From Mobula hypostoma (taxonomy: Eukaryota), in assembly GCF_963921235.1 (NCBI RefSeq), contig NC_086108.1:38132001-38196000 (forward strand): a stretch of DNA of 64,000 nucleotides, written 5' to 3'. The translations under genes were made by a program, and so were the position numbers. The notes under the pieces were generated by a model. That model made no database searches and was not told the DNA's origin. It saw only the letters and a program-made list of their open reading frames with translations. This document shows positions 25,360 through 38,667 of this stretch, one piece after another; position 1 is the stretch's first letter, and every line of letters begins with the position of its first letter.

Positions 25360-27494
25360 AACCACTACCATTTCTCCCACCATAATCTTCATCTTTTTTT
25401 ACTTACATGGCTATGGCATACAGATTTAATATCATACTCTGATCTAGCCCAGACCTTCCAGTGTCACACCATGATAGTTTTGTAAGCTGCTGCCATCTAC
25501 TGTGTTAGAAGAACTGATGATTGGAATGTTGACCGCTGGTCCTTGGTTGATTATCAGGAGGAGTAGGAAACGTAACTAACCTCCTTCTGCTTGGAGAAAT
25601 TTATGAAGAATTCATCGAAATACAATACCAGCAGCCACAACCAATTCTATATTCACCAACAGTCCCAAAGCTTACCTTTCTTCATTTACTGACCATCACA
25701 GCACCTGATTTAACATTATGAAAAAGAATAAAGACCAGCAGAGAATAATTTCTGCCAATCACATTTTAGCAGACAGAACAAAAATGTAATTCCTATCAAA
25801 GTGTATTATTTTCTCAACTGAAGTCTCTAAATGTTTTACTTCTGCTTTCCTATGCCTATCCTATTACTCAAAAACCACAAATAATGTATATATTGCAATA
25901 TCACTGAAGTATGATTATTTCATGTACTGAAGATTTGGAGGCAGTACAGGTTCCTCATCACAAACCATGCCTTACATTGAGAAATGTTGCTTGCCAATCC
26001 AAACTTATCCTGATCTTTTGCTGTGGAAGTTAAGATGATGTTTTATCACACATGGGTACTTGGTTTTATCACCTTCCATGCCTGCGTTGCTATTAGGCTG
26101 CTCAATATTCTTCTACAAGATTCATGCCAAAATGATTCCGTCACTTACACATGTAAGACATGTTCTACTGAAGGTTGTTCTCCATTGAACAAAGATGATT
26201 GACAGCAGATTTTAAATTTAAGTCAAGTAGTAAATTGGAATATGAAGGAAATCATTTTATGCAGAGATTAACTATTAGCGTACCAAGAGGCTTCTGGTAA
26301 GATGGCAGTGCACTGGGACGCAGGGGTCACTCTGGATCCAATCAAACACATAATTGTTTGTTCTTTGCATCTTTTTTACAATTACAAGACACTGCTGGAT
26401 ACTAAGAATATCAAGTGCTACAAGAGTACCCCATCAGCGAATTGCTTGATAGCAATGGAGCTGGTCTTATTGTCGTGTTGTTGCCTGGACTTGTTGCCAT
26501 TGTTGCTGGACTCTGTACCCATTGTCATGCTGAGGCAGTACATTGTGTGAATGATTGTGTCAGACGTTTTTATTGTGATCACAAGACCTCGTTGGACATT
26601 GGTGATGTAGAATACCGCAAGACCAGTTCACTGGTTCATTGAGAACACCAACGGCAGGGGAGCTGAGTTGCCTTGGTTGTTGCACAAACTAGGCCTTCAT
26701 GCCTTGGGGTTGCCTGTTTGCAATCACCCATGGGAGGAGATAACAGAGGCAGTGTGGGGAAGAGCAAAGGCCTCTGTGGATGCGCTGGAATCTCTATTAG
26801 TTTGGGGATTGGGCCCTCCCATCAGTGCTGCCCTCTAGTGTTCACTCACTGCCATCCTTCGGTGTGTACTCAGTGCTACTCTCTGGTGTTCCTTTGGTGG
26901 AACTTGATTGGACCAGGACAATTTACCTTCAATCTGCAGGACATGCCACTCAGCGACTTAGCCTCTATTATTTTTGCTCTTTGTGCTTCTGTGTTTTCTG
27001 CTATTGTAGCCACATGTGCTATTTGTGCTATATGCTGCTGGAAATGTGTCTTACACCTTGGCTCCAGAGGACCATTATTTGGTTTAGCTATATCATGTAT
27101 GGTTGAACGATAATTAAACTTCATCTGAAACTAACTTCTTATGAGGATGGTGAAAACAAAATCTATCAAAGCCTTTGAGAAGGAATTAGATAAGCCTGGG
27201 GAAAAAGTAATTTACTGGACTAAGGAAAAAGGCTGGTAAATGAAATTTACTGGACTGTACTGCTAGGCATTGGTAAAGGCTGGATGACCCCCTCTGAGCC
27301 GACGCATTGTGAAGATGATATGCAATAATTAAGGATTTTCACAAGTAAATTTCATCTAAGAATATCCCAAAAGATTCATAAGAGTTGAAGAGTCTAAACA
27401 TATAATAAAATACATTAAAAAAGAGAAATTACTTAAATCTAAGCTGTTGTTTGAAAAGAGCTTGCCACATTCTCTCCAAAACCACTTGTGTTAA

Positions 27495-27725
27495 CTTCAG
27501 GTGCTATGGTTTCCTCCCACATTCTAAAGTCATATGAGTTAGAGTTAATAAGTTGTGGGCATGCAATGTTGGTGGTGGAAGCATGGCGACATTTTCAGTC
27601 AGCCCCAAGCTCATCATCAGACTGTTGGTCATTGACGGAAATGACACATTTCACTATATGTGTATTCAGTGTGTTGATGTTTCCATGTACTTGTGACAAA
27701 TGAAGCTATTTTTTAGTCTAGTCTT
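27495..27725 (+). mobile_element. SINE fragment (core plus LINE-derived tail)
   Basis: ggtttcctcccacattctaaag core; 3' part resembles the reverse complement of about 24630-24775. Confidence 0.5.
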
Positions 27726-27871
27726 CAGTATCATGTTTACTTTTCAACCACTGCACTTTCGTTGATTATTACAACTATATGGACTAGTGCTAAATAATAA
27801 CAGCCTTTGCAACACACATCAAAGTTGCTGGTGAACGCAGCAGGCCAAGCAGCATCTATAGGAAGAGGCGC

Positions 27872-27907
27872 AGTCGACGTTTCAGGCCGAGACCCTTCGT
27901 CAGGACT
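27872..27907 (-). ncRNA. Minimal hammerhead ribozyme motif (Penelope type)
   Basis: AGTC-CTGACGA-AGGGTCTCGGCCT-GAAA-CGTC-GACT: stem I AGTC/GACT, core CUGANGA and GAAA, palindromic ACGU stem III, GUC site. Confidence 0.75.
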
Positions 27908-28200
27908 AACTGAAGGAAGAGTGAGTAAGGGATTTGAAAGCTGGAGGGGGAGGGGGAGATGCAAAATGATAGGAGAAGACAGGGGGGGGAGGGATAGAGC
28001 CGAGAGCTGGACAGGTGATAGGCAAAAGGGGATACGAGAGGATCATGGGACAGGAGGTCCGGGAAGAAAGACGGGGGGGGGGTGACCCAGAGGATGGGCA
28101 AGAGGTATATTCAGAGGGACAGAGGGAGAAAAAGGAGAGTGAGAGAAAGAATGTGTGCATAAAAATGAGTAACAGATGGGGTACGAGGGGGAGGTGGGGC

Positions 28201-28527
28201 CTAGCGGAAGTTAGAGAAGTCAATGTTCATGCCATCAGGTTGGAGGCTACCCAGACAGAATATAAGGTGTTGTTCCTCCAACCTGAGTGTGGCTTCCCCT
28301 TTACAGTAGAGGAGGCCGTGGATAGACATGTCAGAATGGGAATGGGATGTGGAATTAAAATGTGTGGCCACTGGGAGATCCTGCTTTCTCTGGTGGACAG
28401 AGCGTAGATGTTCAGCAAAGCGGTCTCCCAGTCTGCGTCGGGTCTCACCAATATATAAAAGGCCACATCGGGAGCACCGGACGCAGTATATCACCCCAGT
28501 CGACTCACAGGTGAAGTGATGCCTCAC
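28201..28527 (-). pseudogene. Penelope GIY-YIG endonuclease domain (C-terminal fragment of the element ORF)
   Basis: FTCESTGVIYCVRCSRCGLLYIGETRRRLGDRFAEH...HFN...GMN. Confidence 0.9.
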
Positions 28528-28872
28528 CTGGAAGGACTGTTTGGGGCCCTGAATGGTGGTATGGGAGGAAGTGTAAGGGCATGTGTAGCACTTGTTCCGC
28601 TTACACGGATAAGTGCCAGGAGGGAGATCAGTGGGGAGGGATGGGGGGGACGAATGGACAAGGGAGTTGTGTAGGGAGCGATCCCTGCGGAATGCAGAGA
28701 GAGGGGGGGAGGGAAAGATGTGCTTAGTGGTGGGATCCCGTTGGAGGTGGCGGAAGTTACGGCACCTGTCCAGCTCTCGGCTCTATCCCTCCCCCTCCTG
28801 TCTTCTCCTATCATTTTGCATCTCCCCCTCCCCCTCCAGCTTTCAAATCCCTTACTCACTCTTCCTTCAGTT

Positions 28873-28908
28873 AGTCCTGACGAAGGATCTCGGCCTGAAA
28901 CGTCGACT
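28873..28908 (+). ncRNA. Minimal hammerhead ribozyme motif (Penelope type), inverted arm copy
   Basis: AGTC-CTGACGA-AGGATCTCGGCCT-GAAA-CGTC-GACT. Confidence 0.72.
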
Positions 28909-29749
28909 GCGCCTCTTCCTATAGATGCTGCTTGGCCTGCTGCGTTCACCAGCAACTTTGATGTGTGTTGCTTGAATTTCCAGCATCTGCAGAATTCCTG
29001 TTGTTTGCGTTTAAAATAACAGCCTTTGGTTTATTTTTATGTTTTATAATACACTCTGAATAGCAAAATGGCACATTGTTTAGGGGCACTAAAGTAAAAC
29101 ATGTTCATGAGATAATTAGGCCCTATAAATGAAATGTTTTCAATATCTCTTTGAAAGCACTTCACTCACTGATGTATTTCAATAAACTGAAAGGCCTATA
29201 TTTTGATTTGCCTCTGTAGTAACTGACACCATTATGATACTAGTGTTCGCTTTGCATTATTGTATTAATTCTTAATGAATCACAATACTTAAATGCATTT
29301 ACTGATAGAACCCAATTCCCTAGGATATTGCCTATGAAGGGGTTAAGTTTATCTGTAACATGTAATATAAAATGGATAGATGTAGTTTGAAAACACCAGC
29401 AGAGCACTTGTTACCACTTTACTCTAACTGTTGCAATCTCAGCAGGAGACTCGTGGGGACAGTGAGATGTCACTTTCCATATGCAAAATAGGTTCTCATT
29501 ATCAATAACCAAGCTTAAATTGGAAGATACTCTGTCAGATATTGAACCATATTAAATTTTGTATAATTGAGTGAATGTCTATGAGGTCAATGACAATTTA
29601 AGACTTTCTGAACTTTTGGCTTGTGGGGTCTCTGGAGTCAACAACGAGTAACCATTAAAATGCAAATATCTGTTAGTGAGTAAGTATTGAAAATGTCTGT
29701 CAAGTGGTTTGTCTGTCCAGACTCTGGCTTATTGTTTATATATGTAAGC

Positions 29750-30250
29750 CTTAATGTACTTTTGAAAGCCCAAGGATTGGAAAGTGTGACTATTAAAGTG
29801 TCCAGCTGATTAATGAGGGTACGATGAATGCTGTGTTAATGGACACACGATGTGTTGTTTGGTTTGAACAGGCTGTAGTGAGATCAAGGGGTTTATCTGG
29901 CTTGTCGTTGCTCAGCCCTTGTAGAACTTGTATAAATTAAATCATTTTTCATTCATTCTTTGGATTTCAACTGGGGTGGGAAACTACAATCAATGCCTAG
30001 GACCCAAGGTGGTTCAAGAGTGAGTCAGAATTTGGAGTGCCCCTGACAGTGAGAACAATCAAGTGGTGTCTAAGAATTATGAGCCCTGAAACCTTGGTGA
30101 CTTGCTACATAGTATTTGGGGTATTTTATTTATGATTTCTATTTTATGATAATAAATTAGGCTTAACTTACTTTGTTGAGTGTGTTCACTTTATTACCAC
30201 ATCTCCTAGACACTGGAATTGTTGTGTCTGATCAACTCAGCCCATTAGAG
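29750..30250 (+). repeat. Old LTR-like dispersed repeat, copy 2
   Basis: Similar to 4715-5265; TATAAA at 29931 and AATAAA at 30151. Confidence 0.55.
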
Positions 30251-30976
30251 CTATGTACCGCCTACTTCTATCTGTTTTTGGAACCTTCAGGTTGGTTTTT
30301 GATAGGACCACTGAAGACTCCTCAAGAAAATGATTCAAACCAATTTTTCATCTAAACAATATATCTTCTACTACCTCCTCTTCTTTGGCAATCCTTCATG
30401 ATCAGGGGTAAATTCACTCTAGTTTGGTGGTTTCTGAAGTCACTAAAAAGGACAAAACTGCAACCACAAATGGGGTGAATGCAGAGTTTGTGATGTAGTC
30501 CACTTCATCTATCATTTATGTTGGACTTGATGATGCGACTTAATGTTCCTAGTTGCAAAACAATTTTTCCTTTCTCACTGAATGGCCATGGGTCTGGCAT
30601 TCAAAGTACACATGTTCCAATTCTTCCAATAGGCTTTGAGAACATCCTTCACTCTTTTCTTTTGTATCTATTCCAACTATTTCCAGGACAGAACTCATAA
30701 CAAAATGTCTGTTTTGGCAACCTATTATCAGCCATTAAAAAATAAATTCCCTGTCCAAGAGAGTAGTAAGTGTAAATTAGGGCCTCAATGCTGCAATATT
30801 GGCCTGGGGGAGGATGCTGTCATTTGGTTCACCTGTTCTACCAATGGATTTGGGGTGACAATACTGATAGTATTTTTCTGGTTTTGATTTCAAGTGGTCA
30901 TCTAAGATTTGAAAACCTTGCCAACAATATTCCCATTGTTTCCCTGTCACCAAGTCAAACTAATTTCAGATGACAG

Positions 30977-31420
30977 GCAACACACACATCAAAGTTGCTG
31001 GTGAACGCAGCAGGCCAGGCAGCATCTCTAGGAAGAGGTACAGTCGACGTTTCAGGCTGAGACCCTTCGTCAGGACTAACTGAAGGAAGAGTTAGTAAGA
31101 GATTTGGAAGTGGGAGGGGGAGGGGGAGATCCAAAATGATAGGAGAAGACAGGAGGGGGAGGGATGGAGCCAAGAGCTGGACAGGTGATTGGCAAAGGGG
31201 ATATGAGAGGATCATGGGCCAGGAGGTCCAGGGAGAAAGACAAGGGGGGGGGGGAACCAGAGGATGGGCAAAGTGTATAGTCAGAGGGACAGAGGGAGAA
31301 AAAAGAGAGTGAGAGAAAGAACGTGTGTATAAAAATAAATAACGGATGGGGTACGAGGGGGAGGTGGGGCATAGGCGGAAGTTAGAGAAGTCAATGTTCA
31401 TGCCATCAGGTTGGAGGCTA
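30977..31420 (-). mobile_element. Penelope-like element 3' fragment
   Basis: About 90% similar by eye to 27810-28250; includes the GMNIDFSNFR ORF end. Confidence 0.9.
31042..31077 (-). ncRNA. Minimal hammerhead ribozyme motif (Penelope type)
   Basis: AGTC-CTGACGA-AGGGTCTCAGCCT-GAAA-CGTC-GACT. Confidence 0.72.
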
Positions 31421-32074
31421 GTTAGTTTCTAAACCTCACAAACCTATGTGCTCCACCAGAGTCTTTATTTGGCATACGTTCACCGGAAATTGAAAATAAC
31501 ATAACTCTTGTAGAGCAGTGATGGTGCTGTCCATTCACCATCTACTTCATAGTATATACCTACAGGGAGAAACATATGACTCATTTGAAGAGATGAGAGA
31601 AATGGACATAATGAGATCAGCATATACTCGTGTCATATCTTGTGTCTCCATTTCTAGGAAATATATATTTTGCCTTAAACAACTACATAATTACAACTTC
31701 TGATATTTTGGGAAGCAATAGAAAATATTCAATAGCATCCAAGATAGTAACACTCAACCAAGAATAACCCAAAGGAGACCCAGCAAAACTAAAGGTAAAG
31801 AAAAAAAAATCCATACCTGCAATCAGAGATGGAAATGTGAAGGAATACAATGACTTTTAGAACAAACTGTGGAGATAGCTAAAGACATGATCTCTGCTGG
31901 TGGGGTGAAAAGGGACTGAACATGTTAGAGATTAGGAAATAAAACTATTACCACTACATCACTTTTCATGGTAAACAATCCATTAATCATAAACTCAGGC
32001 AACATATTAATAGACTTGTCATCTGATGTGTTATTTTATAAAACATTCTTGTAACATTATGAAGTATGTTAAAG

Positions 32075-35000
32075 TAAGGTAGAAAAAGGGAGGAGGTCCT
32101 GAAGAGAGAATTCAGGGAGTTAGGTAGGAAGCTGAAAAGGCAGGACCTCCAGGTTAGTAATCTCAGGATTGCTGCCTGTGCCACATGCTAACAAGTGCAA
32201 GAATAACATGATCAGGCATACTAATGTGTGGCTGAGAGACTGGTGTAAGGGGCAGGGCTTCAGATTCCTGGATCATTGAGGTCTCTTCTGGGGGAGGTAC
32301 GACCTGTATGAAAAGGATGGCTTACACCTGAGCCCAATATCCTAGAAGGCAGGTTTAATAGAGCTGTTAGGGAGGGTTTAAACTAATTTGGCAGGGGGAT
32401 GGGAATCGGAGTGATAGGGCTGAGCAAGGGGAAAACAGAAATAAATCAAAGATAGCATGCAACAGAGATGATAGAAAGGACAGGCAGGAGATGAGGCATA
32501 ATCACAGCCAGTGGGATGAGTTAACGGGCAATAGAGATGTGGTGCAATTAAAAGAGAAAGCAACAGATACTGGACTGAAATTGTTATATTTGAATGCACA
32601 CAGTATAAGAAATAAAATGGACGATCTTGAAATTCAGCTACAGATTGGCAAGTATGACATTGTGGCCATCTCTAAAACTTGGCTAAAGGATGGCTGCCAT
32701 TGGGAGCTGAACGTCCAAGGATATACAGTGTATCAGAAAGATAGGTTAGTAGGCAGAGGGCGTGGTGTGGCTCTGTTTATAAGAAATAATATTAAACCAT
32801 TAGAAAGGGATGACATAAGATCAGTAGGTATAGAGTCTCTATGGGTTGAGTTAAGAAATGGCAAGGGTAAAAGGACCCTAATGGCAGTTGTATACAGGCC
32901 ACCAAACAGCAGCCAGGATGTAGATTACAAATTACAGCAGGAAATAGAAAAGGTACGTCAGAAGGGCAATGTCAAGATACTCATTGGGAATTTTAACAAA
33001 AAAGTGGATTGGGAGAACCAGGCCAGCACTGGACATTGAGAGAGAGAATTTGTTGAATGTCTAAGGGATGGCTTTTTAGAACAGCTTGATGTTGAGCCCA
33101 CTGGGGGATTAGCGGTGCTGGATTGGTGCTGGTGTTGTGCAATGTTCTGGAGGTGACATGAGAGCTTAAAGTTAAGGAACCCTTAGGGAACAATGATTAT
33201 CTTAAATGATCGGGTTCACTTTGAAATTCGAGAACGAGAAAATAAAATCCAATGTGTCCGTATTTCAGGGGAATAAAGCAAATTGCAATGGCTTAAGAGG
33301 GGAACTGGCCGAAGTTGACTGGAAAGAGACACCAGCAGGAAGGACAGCAGAGCAGCAAAAGCTGGAGTTTCTGTGAAAAATGAGGGAAGTGCCAGACAGA
33401 TACATTCCAAGTAAGAAGTAATTTTTGAATAGAAGGACACTACCGTGGCTGACAAGTGAAGTCAGAGCCTAAGTAAAAGCAAAAGAGAGGGCAAACAAGG
33501 AAGCCAGATAGTGGGAAAATAGAGGATTGGGAAGCTTTTAAAAACTTGCAGAAGGAAAACAAGAAGGTCATTAGGTTGAAAAGATGAATTATGAAAGGAA
33601 GCTGGCAACTTATATCAAAGAAGATACGAAAAGCATTTTTAAGTATATAAAAGGTAAAAGAGAGTTGAGGGTAGATATAGGACCAATGGAAAACGATGCT
33701 GGAGATATTGTAATGAGAGACACAGAGATAACAGGGGAACTAAATGCATATTTTGCATCAGTCTTCACAGTGGAAGATATCTGCAGTCTACTGGACATTC
33801 AAGAGTGTCAGGGAAGTGCAGCGAAAATTACGACTGAGAAGGTGCTCAGGAAGCTTAATGGTCTGAGGGTGGATAAATCTCCTGGACCTGATGGAATGCA
33901 CCATTGAGTTCTGAAGGAAGTAGCTGGAGAGATTGCAGAGGCATTAACGATGATCTTTCAAGAATGGATAGATTTTGGCATTGTACCGGATGTCTGGAAA
34001 ATTGCAGGTGTTACTCCACTATTTAAGAAGGGTGGGAAGCAGCAGAAAGGAAACTATAGACCTGGTAGCCTGACATCAGTGGTTGGGAAGTTGTTGGAAT
34101 CGATTGTTAAGGACGAGATTACGGAGTACCTGGAGGCACGTGATAAGATAGGCCAAAGCCAGCATGGTTTCCTGAAAGGAAAATCCTGCCTATCAAACCT
34201 ACTGCAATTTTTTGAGGCAATTACAAGCGGGATAAACAAAGGACGTGCAGTAGATGTGGCGTACTTGGATTTTTAGAAGGCTTTTGACAAGGTGCCACAC
34301 ATGAGGCTGCTTAGCAAGATAAGAGCCCATGGAATTACAGGGAAGTTATTAGCAAGGGTGGAGCATTGGTTGGTCATCAGAAAACAGAGAATGGGAATAA
34401 AGGGATCTTATTCTGGTACTTTGGCTGGCTGCTGCTTACCAGTGGAGTTCCATAGTGATCAGTGTTGGGACCGCTGCTTTTTACAATATATGTCAATGAT
34501 TTGGACTACAGTATTAATGGATTTATGGCTAAATTTGCCGATGATACAAAGATAGGTAGAGCAGCGGTTAGTGTTGAGGAAACAGAGAGCCTGCAGAGAG
34601 ACTTAGATAGTTTAGGGGAATGGGTAAAGAAGTGGCAAATGAAATACAATGTTGTAAAGTGTATGGTCATGCACTTTGGTGGAAGAAATAAATGGGCAGA
34701 CTATTATTTAGATGGGGAGAGAATTCAAAACGCAGAGGTGCAAAGTGACTTCGGTGTCCTTGTGCAAAATACCATAAGGGTTAACCTCCAGGTTGATTCA
34801 GTGGTGCAAAAGGCAAATGCAATGTTGGCATTCATTTCTAGATGTATGACCACACTTGGAGTATTGTGTGCAGTTTTGGTCACCTTATTTTAGAAAGGAT
34901 ATACTGACATTGGAAAGGGTTCAGAGAAGATTTACAAGAATGATTGCAGGAATAAAAGGGTTACCGTATGAGGAAAGTCTGGGAGATCTTGAGCTGTATT

Positions 35001-35352
35001 CCCTGGAATTCAGGAGAATGAGGGGGGATTGCATTGAAACATTCTGAATGGTAAAAGGCCTGAACAGATTAGATATGGCAAAGTTATCTCCCATGGTAGG
35101 AAAGTCTAGGACAAGAGGGCACAGATTCAGGATTGAAGGACATCCATTTAGAACAGCGATGCAGAGGAATTAATTTAATGGTAAATCTGTGGAATTTTTT
35201 GCCATGAAAGTCTGTGGAGGACAAACCATTGGGTGTATTTAAGGGAGAGATAAATCGGTCCTTGAGTACCCAGAGCATCAAAGAGTATGGGGAGAAGGCA
35301 GGGGAGTGGGGATGACTGGAAGAATTGGATCAGCCCATGATTGAATGGTAGA
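32075..35352 (+). mobile_element. CR1-clade LINE, decayed (end of ORF1 esterase plus ORF2 EN-RT)
   Basis: FRFLDH..DLY.KDGLHL (ORF1); LYLNAHSIRNK, VYRPPN (EN); KSPGPDG, NYRP.SLTSVV, QHGF, YLDF.KAFD, FADDTK, YCVQFWSP (RT). Confidence 0.92.
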
Positions 35353-37035
35353 GTTTTATAGAGCATCTGAATTGGTTAATTGTTGTTTTACATCATTTAT
35401 TTTCATTAATTTTAGAGTTCTTGGTTATTTCGAGTAGTTTGCACTTCTGTAACATGATCTCCTGGTGCTTTCTATTTAAACTTGTTAAGTTTATTTGGAT
35501 AGGCTCGGGGATTCCGTGTTAATTGTATTATCTAAGCAGACACCCGATTAGCACTAAACACAGTCACAGTTGTGACAATGTTATGTACTGCAGTGTCGTT
35601 CAGCCAAATCACTAATGTTCTGTTGAAATTCTTACGAATAAGCTTTGGTCACCATCTCTACATCGGTGTCTGTCTTTCCTCCACACTTGTGTTCCAACAT
35701 TGCCAGCACACAACGTGATAGTGACCAACTGATTATCCCCCAAATTTCACATTTTATAATATAAATATTGTGTAAAACCTTCAATGGTCTCCACAGTGAT
35801 TCTTGGCTTGATTGCCAACTTGAGGCAACATGTCAGAAGCCCGACCAGTTCTTGAGCTGTGTAACACTATTTCAGTATCCCTCAAGAGCGTATCATTCAG
35901 TAAATTTTTTATAGATGTGACTGTCAATAAACAATGATTACACAGATTTGACTTGCATCTGTCCTTTTCACTCCTAGGCAGAACAGACAACAGGAATGAG
36001 GAAAGCATAAGATCATTGGAATTTGATGATCCAGCCAATGCCCTTACATAAGCACATACAACAGGAAGGACCTGTCCTCAGCACATTTTAAAGAAGTAAA
36101 TTCAAAGATCGTTGGTGAGCCCAAGACATCCTGAACAATGCCAGTTACTTCCAAATATGGGTAAATTCTTTAGCCATCCAACTCAAACACAAGGTGACTG
36201 GAAGAATATCCAGAGAGTAAAGTGCTCCCAGCTGAAAACCCTATACAACATGATGGGGAGGGACAATTCTCTCCAGAAAACTTCTGTGAAGACCAATTTG
36301 TTGAAATGTTTGTTTACTGAGGACATACTCTCTGAAATCTGTAAATTCCTACAGTTGCTCTCCCAAGCTTAGAAGACAGAAAATGACCATGAGTGACTGT
36401 AGATGTTTGCGAGTACTTAGTTACAGATTGTGTGCCTCTTTTCCTAGGTTAAAGTGGTAACTTCAGTTGTCTATAAAATGCATTAGTAATGTTGTGACTG
36501 TGATCAAAGTCACCAGAGAGGCACTGAAGCTGGTGATGTAGAAGTCTTTATTCATCACAATAAGTAGGTATTCTCATGGTGACACTCTCAGTAGAGTCTC
36601 AAAAATCAAAAAGTACATCTCATTTTTATACCCTTAAGATCAAAGGCAACAGAAGATGATTCAAAACAATTTCAATAGTTACAATAACATCATTTACTTC
36701 AATATTTAAGGCTGACAATGCTTCCTTTCTATTACATATCTACAGTTGGAGACACCTTTGACTGGGATACTTCCCTGAACCTATTTACATTTACAACAGT
36801 GCAAATTCCTTAAATCCATAGTTGATGCAAAACATTTAACACAACCTTTTGCTTTTTTGATTAGTGCATATGCCATCTCTTAATCTGTAGGCCAGTTTAA
36901 CTTCAATTTACTGCTTGTAATTTACAATAGGAAGTAAGGACTTACTGTTGCTTAAATTAGTATCTGCTATATCCACATAACACCAGAATACTCTCTAACA
37001 AAGATATTCAATTGCAAAAAATTTGAAGAAATATA

Positions 37036-37087
37036 CAGTACTGTGCAAATGTCTTAGGCATATGTCTAAGGCATTTACACAGTACTG
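37036..37087. mobile_element. 52-bp Tc1-type mini inverted-repeat element
   Basis: TA-cagtactgtgcaaatgtcttaggcat / atgtctaaggcatttacacagtactg-TA (23/26 palindromic); related copy at about 37388-37453. Confidence 0.65.
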
Positions 37088-37109
37088 TATAGTTCTTCAA
37101 TACTATATT

Positions 37110-37368
37110 TTTTTATATCATGTCACACCAGACATTCAGCCATCCTTTCTGGCGCATAGTGTCAGGATTGGTCTCCTTTCGGATTAACCGGGTCACAATA
37201 TGAACATTCCTGACTCAACCCTTTTTTTTTATGAGGCCGATTGGCTAGCTTGACGTTCAACCTGGCACAGATGGAAAGCGTGCTCGGGGGGTGGCCCAAC
37301 TTGGATTCGAACTCGGGAACCTTTGCTCTGGAGTCCGGCACTGATGCCATTGCGCTAACAGCCAGCCG
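37110..37368 (-). mobile_element. tRNA-derived SINE, second family
   Basis: Minus-strand head ggctggctgttagcgcaatggcatcagtgccggactcc...cccgagttcgaatcc (A and B boxes), then a body and A-rich tail unrelated to the other SINEs. Confidence 0.7.
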
Positions 37369-38417
37369 ATATATATATTGAACTTACAGTACTGTGCAAA
37401 AGTCTTAGGCACCCTGTGTGTGTATATGTACACATCTAAGACTTTACCACAGTAAGTAAGTAAGTAAGGGAAGGCATGTAAATACTGTAAATGTCATTCA
37501 TTTTCCTGTCATTCTGAATTTCTCCTGAAGAACTTAAGACTTGAGACATTGGACCGGTCATCCACGCAGATGTCTAGACTGAATTGATACAAGTACCATG
37601 CTGGAAATAAAGGGCTTCAAGCTGTGTGCAAAATCAGGATCACTTCCCTGCATTGTCCTCCTTCTGTAACTTTACTTCCTTAAAAATTCTCATTGATCAA
37701 CCCATCAGTCACCTGTCCTGGCCCGTATTACCAAAGAAGTGCACTCAAGAATCATTTATAAATGTATCAGCACGTTAATACCAGATAGATGCAAGCTGAT
37801 TTCCCTGTAGCCACAGACTATTAGTTACTTGTTGCATCTATAAAAGGGTCAGAATTTCAGGCCAATTAGTACTGATATGGAGACTCAGTTCATTGAAAAA
37901 AATATTTCAGCCACGCACATGGGGTGTTATAGGAAGTCCACAGATCATTTGTGGAGGGAAATAAAGAGTTAACATTTTGGCCCAAGATCCTTCATCAGTG
38001 CAGGAATATTTCAGCCAATAATTTCTGATCAGATGGCTTTTAAAAATATCTTCATCTGCCTTAAAGTACTTTTCGGTGGATTTAGTTTAAAGGCAAAGCC
38101 ATTTAATAGCAATTGGCCCTAACTTGCCAATCTCACTTGAGTTAACAAAAATTAGCTAGTCTAAGAAACAAAATGTCATTAAAATATAGATGAAAGGTGA
38201 TCCAGTAGAATATTAACTTAGAAAAAGATTCAAACCATAATAACAGTCTGTATCTTCACAGTGAATATTTTGCATTGATATTTAGTGCTAAGTAACTAGG
38301 AAATAGTTTTGGCACATTTCTCTCTACATGAAAGACAAAATTCATCCTCTCCAGGTTCCCATTTAATCCATAACCTTTAAATAAAATTAAATAAAACTGC
38401 ATGCCTAGTTCACACAT

Positions 38418-38667
38418 TGTTGTGTATTTAATATTTCAGTAATATTCAAGTAATATTGTAACTATACTGTTTGATTCAGCATACTTTGTTGATTGTATAA
38501 GTCATTACAGGTTATATGTAAAAGTATGTGAATGGCATACGTCAGTACATCACTACATCATAAATATGTGCCTCACTAGAAGTGAAAAACAGACTAAGGA
38601 CATGCTATCCCCGGCTCTGTGTTTTTCTTTCGATTCATTTTACGTTTTGAAGTTAAAAAGCATAAGA
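38418..38667 (+). repeat. 5' LTR of old Gypsy element
   Basis: tgttgtgtatttaata...aagcataaga; similar to 55449-55683. Confidence 0.75.

Larger units (their letters stand above)
27810..29014 (-). mobile_element. Penelope-like element, 5'-truncated, with 209-bp inverted terminal arms
   Basis: GIY-YIG ORF piece; arms 27809-28017 and 28763-28971 with 2 mismatches; 14-bp TSD aataacagcctttg (27796-27809 / 29015-29028). Confidence 0.92.

Noticed and set aside
26290..27135. 146-aa Cys-rich ORF and possible non-autonomous LINE derivative
   Set aside because: No recognisable domain; only a LINE-like tail, insufficient to classify
36500..37000. Possible solo LTR
   Set aside because: No second copy or TSD visible
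37290..37368. Possible tRNA gene
   Set aside because: No proper acceptor stem or terminator; it continues into a SINE body
37968..38000. Fifth hammerhead-like motif (minus strand ctgatgaaggatcttgggccaaaatgtta)
   Set aside because: GAAA core and stems are degenerate; an old remnant only
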